A DNA stretch of 64,000 nucleotides, taken from positions 7,502,001-7,566,000 of the forward strand of contig NC_092673.1 in the NCBI RefSeq assembly GCF_964355755.1, written 5' to 3'. The notes under the pieces were generated by a model, which worked only from the letters and a program-made list of their open reading frames with translations, searched no databases and was not told where the DNA came from. Position 1 is the stretch's first letter; each line of letters begins with the position of its first letter. Positions 1 through 11,200 of the stretch are shown here, piece after piece. Source of the stretch: Antedon mediterranea (taxonomy: Eukaryota; Animalia; Echinodermata). The position numbers were made by a program, and so were the translations under genes.

Positions 1-729
1 GTACTGTAATTATGATGTACTGTAATTGATGACTAAATAAATGTGGAATAAATGAAATGAAATAAAAAATTAACACCTGTATATTATATAATAGGTGAAA
101 AGTAATAATAAATTGAATGAGGTGCTCTATCATGATATAGATATGATATGAAGGTTTAATTAAAAAACAAGGATAATGTGTGTGTTCTAAAATGTGAAAA
201 AAATAATGCATTATTTTTTTGTGAAATAAAAATTCGTTAAGATAAGTAAAAGGGCTTCCTCAAACCTATATCAGTTATTTAATGTAAGTTAAAAAGGCAT
301 AATGAATAATTTAATTTACCAAGGTTATTCTAGGACAAAATGATCACAGCTTTTTGTTAATGTTTTCACATACATGGTTATTTATAATGGTCTACTATAA
401 TACATGTTTATCAACAAGGCCATATACATGGCTGAAGTCGCGTGCTAAAGTTAGTGTTTACCGACCAACCGACCGACCAACCAACCGACCGACATAGTGA
501 GCTGTAAATAAAAATAAAAAGCTAAAAAAACTAAAAATAACACCAACAGATTTAACAGAGATACTTTCTTTAAATATAACGTTATTGATAGTTAAAGTAC
601 ATTTTTTAGTAACAACTTTATTTTTGGAGTAGAAAAATCATATAATTAGTGTTATTTTAATTAATTGTCAACTTATTGTAATTGCACCATTTAATATTGT
701 ATTAATTATAGATAAATAAAGAAAGTCAC

Positions 730-2370
730 CAGGAAAAGAGTGAAATAAATAGGTATCATCTGCAAAAAACCCTTAAGTAAAAAATCTGAATAATTTGGCA
801 AATCATTTATATATTTATATTAAAACAAGACTGGATCCCAATACGGAGCCTTAAGGAATGCCACACACAATACCAAATGTTATTAAATAAATGCATCTGG
901 TTCCGAATAGAATTAACTGGAAAATTAAAAACTGTAATGTTGAACTTTAAAAAAATCATACACCTTACACCTAAATACCTTTTTTGTATGTATTTTGTTG
1001 GGTTCAACATAAAGTAATAATTTTCCAGTTAATAATGTACGCTATCTGGAAAATAGTTGTTTAATAAAATAAGTTGTTTCCTGCTTCTAAGATTTTTTTT
1101 CCTCCAGTGCCATATGAGATCATTTGGAACATAGTATCGAATGATCAATTGTGTCAAAAACTTTATTGAAATCATTGATAAAACTTCGTTTATCCATGCT
1201 GAAATCAATAAATAAATCAATCGAACTGAAGATCATTGATGATGATGATTACTGCCTCTCCGCTGGAAATTCAGCCGACATTTACGCTTGGGCGGCTCCG
1301 TATATCTCTTTTACCAGTTTCTTCCAATCGGATCTTTCATTGGCTAGTTGTTTAAGTTGTTTGATGTTTTTCTTTGTTTTCAATTGTCCGGGATATTTGA
1401 TGTTTGTGTTCTGCTTATAAAGGGTGAGTAGGTCGTTGCTGAGAGTTATTGGTAGGGTGGTTCTCGGTCTTCCTCGAAATGTTATATTGGTAGTGTTTCT
1501 GAAATAATAGCGTATTGCTCTTTTAGCTGGTGTACATGGGTCTTGTCTGAGTATGTAACCCAATATTCTCCATCTTGCATCGACTATTTCTAACTAAATT
1601 GGTTTTGTTCCTGTCCTTCTGTATAAATTTATGTTCGATATCTTGTCTGGGAACCTGATACCTATAATTTTGCGAAGTTGCTGTCTGTGAAATGTGTCAA
1701 GTTTATGTGCTTCTTCTTTTGTGAGTCCCCATGTTTTGGAGTTGTAGAGTAATATACTTTTAACCAGTGAGTTGTACAGCTTAATACGTAATTTTAATTT
1801 AATTTATCTTTTCGAAGCCACATCATTGAAGATCATTAACAAGATTAATTGAATATAATTTAGTACTGAACTTTTGTTTAAAGCCATATTGGTTTTGTCT
1901 AGCAATTGCAATTTTTCAAAATAATTGATCAATGTATTTTTGTAGTTTTTATAATCCAGAAATAAAGTGGGTTCAAAATATGACTTAACAACATTAGAAC
2001 ATAATTTGTGCTTAATGGATTTTAGTAATCCATGGTTTTTTATGTGCTTAATAAGGTTCTTTGTAGTCCTGTCTTAGATACAAGAAATTGAAAAAAAAAA
2101 GTTTAGTTTTTTGAAAAGAAATGAGATCGATATCTAGCTTTAAATGAAGTAATTGGAAAATTAAAAACTGTAATGTTGAACTTTAAAAAAATCATACACC
2201 TTACACCTAAATACCTTTTTTGTATGTATTTTGTTTCAGTTTGTAAGTTATTCCATATTTTAGCTCCTGCGACTTTGTGTTTTTCAGAATCTCATTACAC
2301 CACTGTTTCAAATAATTACAAGTTTAGTAGTGTTCAAATTAGACCTACTACTGTACATTCGAATTAATCC
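730..2370 (-). mobile_element. Decayed CR1-type LINE reverse transcriptase fragments
   Basis: Minus-strand remnants NQYGFKQ, DFNKVFDTIDHSIL, CGIP*GSVLG, INDLP, FADDT and AGAKIWNNL with stops and frameshifts; an ~85-bp segment is duplicated at ~917 and ~2153. Confidence 0.7.
1238..1826 (-). mobile_element. 5'-truncated RTE-clade LINE inserted into the CR1 relic
   Basis: Translates KLYNSLVKSILLYNSKTW...LDTFHRQQLRKI...RWRILGYILR...RGRPRTT...RSDWKKLV; (ATC)n tail at 1238-1249; 11-bp target-site duplication TGAAGATCATT at 1227-1237 and 1827-1837. Confidence 0.8.
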
Positions 2371-3273
2371 AGTAAAAGTCATACTGTATGTAAAACTAAT
2401 TTAAACTTACTTTGTTCAAATGGAATAAAAAGTACCATCAGTAACGTCGACAACATGACGATGTCTTCTTTTCTGATTCTTGAGTCGATGTGATAGACCA
2501 CCGATTCGTTATTCATGTACGTGACTTTTTTTACACACGGAGTAACCAACTAAGAACACTCAACAACAATGTTCATATATAGACATCTGGAAAGACGTAC
2601 TGGAATTTGTACCTGTAAGACGCGAATAGAAATCGCTTTGAATGACGTAGGTTATCATGCCGTATTTGGCTATGTAGGGCGGGCCGTATGTAAATATGGA
2701 TTTCGAATCAACCAATGATCAAACGGACGTCATTTTGGTTTCAAAAAGAGTACTTACGATCTATTACGATACGATTTATTTTATCTTGTATATTATGATA
2801 AATTGTTTAATTAGGGTTCTAAAATGAAAAAAAAAAGAAAATGAAACTAAAAAATGAAACTAACAAACAGTGAGAAAAAATGTCTAAATATGCACTGTGG
2901 TCATGTTACAAGAGTTGACAAACAATATGATTATCGGATAAAAGTCCTAGAATTTAGAAAACCTTTTGCTATTTTCCCCCTGACTGCAAAGGGAAAATTG
3001 TTCTTTCTGTGTGAAATATTTTAAAGTGAGATAGATGATAATGATCAAACAAAAAGGTTATTTGGACATTACCTTTTTAAACTTCTTTTTTATAGAAAAA
3101 TGTAAGAAAATTAATTCAAAAATGTTACTGATGAAGGATGTTATGATTTTATGTAATGATATGAAAGATAATGTGAATGTGAATAAAAGTGGTGTTTACG
3201 CCACAAACTGAAACAACAGTTGTTGAAATATAAATTGTGAAAGGTATTATTTAAGAGTGTTGCCGAGTACTAT

Positions 3274-6232
3274 TAGTAGAGCAGTTAATGACATGAGCTG
3301 TGCATTTTATTACCAAAGCATGAAACTTGGCACAAAGTTTCTTTAATGTATATAGATTCAAAATATCGGGGGGTGCCAAGTGTCCAACGTCCGGTATGGC
3401 GGCCATCTTGATTTCAAAATGGCCACCATAAAAACAAAAAATGTTCATATCCTGGCAACTATACACATTAGAGACTTAATTATAGTCTCAAATTGTTCAC
3501 AAACTATATATTTCTATTTGCTCTAATGAAAATTTTCGTCCAAAAATGACCGGAAATGACGTTTCTTTCAGTTTGACCTTTGACCTCGTATTTGTATATC
3601 TCTGTAACTACTGGTCATTTTCAATCGATTTTGGTGTCATTTTGTTCAGAATAAATACATTTATATTTGTAGTAATGAAACATTTTCACATAAAATTACC
3701 GGAAATACAATTTATGACCTTTGACATTTATTTATTGATTTTTAATTAGGTGAATATACTATATGTGGTTTTTGTTGGTCTTTGAACTTTGACCTGATAG
3801 GCGTAATTATATTAAATGATTAATGGACTCAAATTGTATATAGCACATAAAATTTGTAAACATTGTGCTTGGTGGTAGGCCTACCATTAGTTCAATGATG
3901 TTGGCACCTTCTGATTCGCTAAAAGTTTTAATAGTTTGACAGAGGAAATAACATACATGTTATGGAATACCGTAAAACCTCGAAAAGGTGATAGTATGAG
4001 CTTCTTTTCGAGATAGACTGTATTTGAATGTCAAATGAAAAGTATGATGATCGTGTTTATATCAATATATTATTTCTACCCCTCCTTCTTTGTCTGTAGA
4101 TGGTCTTATACCCCATTCTTTGTCTGTGGATGGTCTTATACCCCATTCTTTGTCTGTGGATGGTCTTGTACCCCCTTCTTTGTCTGTGGATGGTCTTACA
4201 CCCCCTTCTGTGCGTGTTGATGGTATTACACCCCTTTCTTTGTGTGTGGATGGTCTTACACCCCTTTCTTTGTATGTAGATGGTCTTCCACCCCTTCTTT
4301 GTCTGTGGATGGTCTTACACTTCCTTCTTTGTCTGTGGATGGTCCTACACCCCCTTCTTTGTCTGTGGATGGTCTTATACCCCCTTCTTTGTCTGTAAGT
4401 GGTCCTATACCCTTTCTTTGTCAGTGGATGGTCTTACACCCCCTTCTTTGTGTGTGGATGGTCTTACACCCCTTTCTTTGTATGTAAATGGTCTTCCACC
4501 TCTTCTTTGTCTGTGGATGGTCCTACACTTCCTTCTTTGTCTGTGGATGGTCCTACACCCCCTTCTTTGTCTGTGGATGGTCTTATACCCCCTTCTTTGT
4601 CTGTAAGTGGTCCTATACCCTTTCTTTGTCAGTGGATGGTCTTACACCCCTTTCTTTGTCTGTAAGTGGTCCTATACCCCCTTCTTTGTCAGTGGATGGT
4701 CTTACACCCCCTTCTTTGTCTGTGGAGGGTCCTACGCCCCCTTCTTTTTCTGTAGATGGCCTTACACCCCTTTCTTTGTCTGTGGATGGTCTTATACCCC
4801 CTTCTTTGTGTGTGGATGGTCTTACACCCCCTTCTTTGTATGTGGATGGTCTTACACCCCCTTCTTTGTCTGTGGATGGTCTTATACCCCTTTCTTTGTC
4901 TGTAAGTGGTCCTATACCCTCTTCTTTGTCTGTGGATGGTCTGGACCCACTACTTTGATTGATTAAATCAGACATTGTTTCTTGTATGATTAGGAGACCA
5001 AGACCTTCAAAGTGAAAGTCCACAGGTGGATGCCTAAAAAGGTCTTGTACAGAACAGTATATTGTAGGTCCATGTCACTAATTTGAGGATTACTTGAATA
5101 ATTATATTGAGATGTCTTTTACGAATTGATTTGGTTCGGATTTTGCTAAAAAATCAATGACTAGAGAAAATCGAGGAAAAGGATTCAGATGGTTTACAGC
5201 AAAGGCTCATTACCATAAAAATTGAGTACATTTGTTTAGATGCAACGAAAATGACCAAGAATTATGTGAGTTTCTGATTAATGAAAGTAGGTCTACTGTA
5301 GTAAGTACTTTGAAAGACGGTGTTCTCTTAACTCATGAAAATGAGAACTTTCCGAACTTGTCTCATATGCAACATCAAAGAGGCCAACGAAAGAATGCTA
5401 CTTTACATCAAAAATATTTCCAAATGGCATCTAACAATTCAATTCAACTTTTATTTCAGACAATTGTCCATATGGTATAATTAATACATTACAAAAAAAA
5501 AAGAAAAGATGAAGGAGAGAGGACCAAAACTTTTATATAACGATTGACACATCACAGTTTAGCAAACAAGTCGGCATAGATGAGCTCAGTGATTGCTGTT
5601 TCTCAGTGATCTGTCATACTTTACGCCTATCCTATCACATCAAAAGTCAAAAATTCAGAATAATAAATTCCTGGTCATTTTTGCATTAAGTGTCATTTAT
5701 TTCGGTAAAACAAATTAGGTGCATTTATACCAATGTAAACCACATACAGTATGTTCACATAATTATATATGTCAAAGGTTATAAATTGTATTTCCAGTCA
5801 TTTTATGTGAAAATGTTTCATTACTACAAATATAAATGTCTCTATTCTGAACAAAATCACACCAAAATCGATTGAAAATGATCAGTAGTTACCGAGATAT
5901 ACAGATAAGAGGTCAAAGATCAAACTGGAGGAAACGTCATTTCCGGTCATTTTTTGACGAAACTTTTCATTAGAGCAAATAGAAATATGTGGTTTGTGAA
6001 CAATTTAACACCAGAATCAAGTCTATACTGTTTATAGTTGCCAAGATATGAACACTTTTTGTTTTTATGGTGGCCATTTTGAAATCAAGATGGCCGCCAT
6101 ACCGGACGTTGGACACTTGGCACCCCCCGATATTTTGAATCTATATACATCAAAGAAACTTTGTAGCAAGTTTCATGCTTTGGTAATAAAGTGCACAACT
6201 TGGCTATTTTTATGGCCTTAACTGCTCTACTA
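3274..6232. mobile_element. Non-autonomous Academ-type DNA transposon with long (~450 bp) imperfect TIRs
   Basis: Ends TAGTAGAGCAGTTAA / TTAACTGCTCTACTA with 3-bp TSD TAT on both sides; long inverted homology including ccaacgtccggtatggcggccatcttgatttcaaaatggcc; internal minisatellite and decayed coding-like DNA. Confidence 0.75.
4075..4945. repeat. ~30-bp minisatellite (CCCCTTCTTTGTCTGTGGATGGTCTTACAC)n, about 29 copies
   Basis: Directly visible tandem array; it explains the overlapping SLSVDGLTPP / PFFVCGWSYT ORFs. Confidence 0.95.
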
Positions 6233-7285
6233 TATACCCATTTTGGTTGCACTCGCGCACAGTGATAATGAATAGGATTTAGTTTATCACTGTGCGCTAC
6301 CATACCCATTTTTGGTTGTACTTGAGCACAGTGATAATAAATAGGATTTAGTTTAGCACTGTGCGCTACCATACCCATTTTTGGTTGTACTTGAGCACAG
6401 TGATAATAAATAGGATTTAGTTTAGCACTGTGCGCTACCATACCCATTATGTTTGCACTCGCGCACAGTGATAACTAGAGGGTACTCCGAGAGTACAAAC
6501 CTCCGCCTACTGTAAAATTCCTCTACATAAAATGCCCCCTGAATATTTTTTTTTAACATTTTTTTTTATTAGTTCTAAGTGTAAATATGTTAACTGCACA
6601 CTACAAAGTTGTGGATGACAGTGTGGTGTAATGGTTATGTATCCAGCCCCTCACAGTTGAGGTCGCTGGTTCAAGCCCCACTGAGGGTTTTTTTTTTTTT
6701 TATTATTTTTTTTTTTTTTATTTTTTTTTTTTTTGGTGGACCTTGATCTTTGACCCTGACCCTTCAAAATGTAACCACAATTATATGATGTGTCATTGAT
6801 CATTGTGGCTAAGTTTGGTGAGAATCGGATCAAAACTGTGGTCTCTAGACAGTAAAATAGTTTTTTGTTAGTTGTGACCTTGACCTATGACCTTTCCCCC
6901 TCAAATTCGAACTCGTCCGAGCTTTTTGGGCATAGATCATTGTGTCCAAATTTGGTTAGAATCGGATTAAAACTGTGGCCTCCAGGCTGTTCACAGACAC
7001 ACACACAAACACACAAACACACACACAAACACACAAACACACACACAAACATACAGGGGTGAAAACATAACCTCCTTGGCGGAGGTAATGAATAGGATTT
7101 AGTTTATCACTTTGCGCTACCATGCCCAGTTTGGTTGTACTTGAGCACAGTGATAATAAATAGAATTTATTTTAGCACTGTTCGCTACCATACCCATTTT
7201 AGTTGCACTTGAGCACAGTGATAATAAATAGGATTTAGTTTAGTACTGTGGGCTACTATACCCATTTTGGTTGCACTCGCGCATA
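6233..7285. repeat. ~66-bp tandem repeat with internal GCACAGTG...CACTGTGC inverted motif, split by an insertion
   Basis: Unit atacccatttttggttgtacttgagcacagtgataataaataggatttagtttagcactgtgcgctacc at 6233-6474, resuming at ~7086-7285. Confidence 0.85.
6474..7088 (+). mobile_element. Helentron/DINE-1-like non-autonomous element carrying a tRNA-like segment and a CA-rich microsatellite
   Basis: 5' AACTAGA, short hairpin, sub-terminal ACCTCCGCC; 3' hairpin ACCTCC-TTGGC-GGAGGT; A-box/B-box-like tRNA remnant at ~6617-6687; ACAC/AAAC repeat at 6990-7050. Confidence 0.55.
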
Positions 7286-7365
7286 GAACATTCATTCTAA
7301 ACCGCCCGGTGATATACTGAAATAATTAATTATTTTAAACGATAAGGATCTGTGGGAATGAGAAA

Positions 7366-7443
7366 AAGTCACCCAAACCGAGACTCGAACCCGGAGCCTT
7401 CTGTTTGATATGCGGATGTTCTAACCATTAGGCCACTGGGCTT
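7366..7443 (-). mobile_element. tRNA-derived SINE head or tRNA pseudogene
   Basis: Minus strand gcccagtggcctaatggttagaacatccgcatatcaaacagaaggctccgggttcgagtctcggtttgggtg has A-box and B-box but an imperfect cloverleaf. Confidence 0.5.
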
Positions 7444-8240
7444 TCGTAGTATTGTTCAAACTCGATTGAATAGCGACTTTTTAACACTCTCGGCGTGTTA
7501 CGGCTGAACAATACTAGTCCCTCAATTGTACGCACACACCAGAGATCAAATTGATCAGTATTTTTAATTAATTAATTAAATTTCCAACGGTTTTTAAAAT
7601 AATATTGTGTATATGTAAATCAATTGTGTTGCGTAGCACTGTGTCAATAATAATATATATCATACTGTCAAATTATAGAAACAGTGCTCATATTCAGAAA
7701 ATGATCATATAATCGCGTCGAGCAGCATAGCTCATCGGCGAAAGTTGGAATGTATTCCGACTAGTTAAGCTTCCACTGATTGTAAGGGCGTTTGTTGTAT
7801 GAGAGAATGTATTTATATAGATGAATGCTATAGAAATATAAACAATTTTTATTATGATCCTCTTCATTTATTGTTGTGGGAATGTCCTTGTCTCGCTGGT
7901 TTATAGTGTTATTAATTGATTGAGCTACAAACAATTTCCAGAAATTTAAATAATATTAACAAGATACTGATTATAATATTCAAAAGAATGTGAACATCTG
8001 GTTATTCAATAAAATATTGCATTGAGCTGTACACTATTCAAACAAATCATCCCATTTATTCAGTGCTCTAAAATGAAATATGCAATTCAACATTTGAAGA
8101 TTTCTAATTCTATTACAGTAACTAGGAAGTTTCAAATGTTTAGAAGTATGTGTATTATTAAGCCTTAGAAATTGGACGAAATTATTTTAGATTACTAAAT
8201 GTATTAAGTTTGAAATACAGTACATTATATCCCTTCCACA

Positions 8241-11200
8241 TTACTCTAAGCATTGGTTTAACGATACCAAATGATAATCAGAATTCTCAACCAGATAATC
8301 CAGCAAAAACACAAAATTCATGTAAGTATCAGGAAGATCTGTATCTAGACAAAGTATTCCACCATCAGAAGTCTGTAACTTTTCTGAAATTATTCTCAGG
8401 GCCTTTGGTATACGTGCAACATCTCGGTGTCGGTAGTAATTCTCAACAGTCAGTAATGGTTCTGTAAAATACGGTATAAAAACATTCTTGGTAATACAAA
8501 TAATAATACAGTAATCTTCTTTTGCTGTCCATTGTGTCCCATGATGAGTATATTATGTGGGTATATCTGTGTGTTTCCGAACATGCAGAAGTAGTTTCTT
8601 TCTTGTGCGGAAGGATCGTGAACAGTGTGCACAAAGATGGTCAAAAATAAAAAAACCATAGAAAGAATTTCTTATTGAAACATTCGCCTTTGCATCGGTT
8701 TTAATTATCCTTACGAAAAATTATACCCATCGTAGTTATATACTGTACTACCAATTGTTTATGTCTTTCTTTTATCTGTGCATTATGTCTATGAGTAGGC
8801 TCAATGGTGGAGTACGCCTTACCTGATTTAGGCGGAAAGTTAACAGAAGGTTTAATAATACGGAATCCTCTGTTTTTTAGCTGTTCCTTAACTGAACCAC
8901 CGTCTTCATCAGGTGAATAAAACATCGGTTTTAAATTGAGTTCTTGAAGACGCATTTCAGAACTAACTACAGCTTCTCTGATCCAATTTGCCGACATCTT
9001 TTCAAAATGTCCAGCTGGATATGGATGATTTCCACGAAGACCAATAGTGTAGTACTTTGCCCAAGCTTTGACTAGTTCCGGCCATTCTTCAGCAAACTCA
9101 CTGAACACAAACACAGTGACTGGTATTTCTATCTTATAAGACTTCAGTGTAGTTAATACTCTTACTGCATGTTTCTTACTCATGCCAACGTTCACTGTAA
9201 TGGCTAGATTCCTGTCACCAGAGCATTTATTGTATACTTGTCCCGCTTCACCTGGAGCTGAATCTGGTATCTATAATGAGTAGTATGTACCGGTAATCAA
9301 AGGTTGAGCCAGTGAACAAGTTAATCGGTTTCCTCCTTCGTTACAAAGTCAGTCAGTAGGTCAGTCATCATCTCATTGCTTCATAAAGTAATAGTGAGTA
9401 GGCCTAAATATGTAGTCAGTGGATCAGTTAATGAGTCAAATTAATCAGTCAGTCAGCAATAAAGTTTACCATAGAATACTTGCCTGTATTGTGTGAATGG
9501 CATTGAAGTCTTCATATATTCTGTATTGACCTGCCCAATCTAGCATTTTCCTCCCTTTATTTTCAACGTCTTTGATTATTTGGGACGTCATAGAACGAGA
9601 GAGACCCACCGGCTGGCGCTGATGATATTCGCCATAATATCTGGAAATGGAATAGGATAACTGTTTTACGAAAGTTACATTAATCAGGCCCGTATGCAGC
9701 ATTTATAATGGGGGGGGTGCGAGCGAAGCGAGCAACAATGGCTGGGGGCCAGGGGGCCGCCAAGGGCCCCCGGTCAGGGTCCAGGGGCCGAAGGCCCTGG
9801 AAAAATTTGCGTTATTTGACATTCTAAAGACTGATGTAAGACTCTCTGTTGTGGCTTGGGCTAGTTGAACGATGGACACCAGAACTTAACGCTTTCATGA
9901 TGAGGCCAACTCAGCAGGGGTGGCGCCAGGATCTTCCCGACGCGGGGGCTACATTCTCCGACGAAGGGGCTATGCGAGCGAAGCGAGCATCACTAGGCTG
10001 AGGGCCAGGGGCCGCCAAGGGCCCCCGGCAACGCGTTCTAGCGTCATTTGAGGTCTTTTTAATCAGATTTAGGGTAGCCATTTTTTCCATTTTTTATAAT
10101 GCATAAATAAAATACTGCGTGCAAAAAAACGATGCGCGATGACTGTTTCAATCCATATTTTTCAATTTAAAAAATAAAAGTTCAAAGAAAATTTTGAAAA
10201 ATAGAGTTGGAGGTCCCGGAAATTGGACTTATTATACTTCAAAACATGAAAAAAAATATATAAGTCCCTATCATGGGTTGTGACTGAGCTAAGAAATGTT
10301 TGAAAAATAGAGATGTTAGGTCCCGGAAAATGTACTTCTTGTTCTTCGAAATATGACCAGCTTTATTGTTGGGGATGAGCTAAGAAAATGTTTAAAACTA
10401 GAGCTGCAGGTCTTCAAAAAATTGCATTTTATACTTTGGAAACATCAGGCCTAGAGGCTTAAAAAACGCAAGCGTAGACCTTTTTCAGTCGGGGAAAAAA
10501 GTTTATTCCTCCCAGGTGTATGCATGCGTACCATCTGGACTTCCGAGTGGTGAGAAATTCATGACATACAGGATATTGAAAATGTAATAACTATAGCTAT
10601 AATGTTGGCTAAGCGAAAATGGCATGTTTTTTTGTTTAGTAATGGATGAAAAATTTATTTTAGGTGCCCCACGGTACAGAAGGTTACTTGTAAATTAAAA
10701 AATTGGTGAACAAACGAACAATTAACATAATTCGTTTTTGCTGTAGTGTAGCGTACGTCGACGCAGTACACGACGTAACCGTCGGTAAACTTCGCCTGGA
10801 AAATAACACATTACACATTTTGGTCCCTGGATGAAACTTGATATCACGCGTCTCGACCCAACGTTGAACGATTCGTACAAAGGGATACCGCCAGACAAGT
10901 GCGTACCTAGCTATTGTTTAGTAGTAAGTTAGATCGCTGGCAATAATGAATGCATATAAAGTGCATAATATCACTCTGACGTACTCTCACGGTCAATGAA
11001 ACGTCGCGGTTTTCTAGGCGCTGAAGCTAGCTACGAAGTGAACGCGAACGCTTTTTACTGTATATTATATTCCCCGACAAAAAGTACACGTGTTCCCTGA
11101 CGTTAAGTTGTCTGTATTTCTCCAGCAAACACTTTACCGCGTACATGAAGCGCTAAGCTATTACTTGTCGTCACATGATCGACTGCGCATGTTTTACATC

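Noticed and set aside
4035-5023. Cluster of overlapping repetitive ORFs
   Set aside because: Products of a 30-bp minisatellite with 1-bp indels; no splice signals or domain content.
6617-6687. Functional tRNA gene
   Set aside because: A and B boxes are present but acceptor and anticodon stems pair poorly, and it lies inside a repeat; the same applies to 7366-7443 and ~34225-34305.
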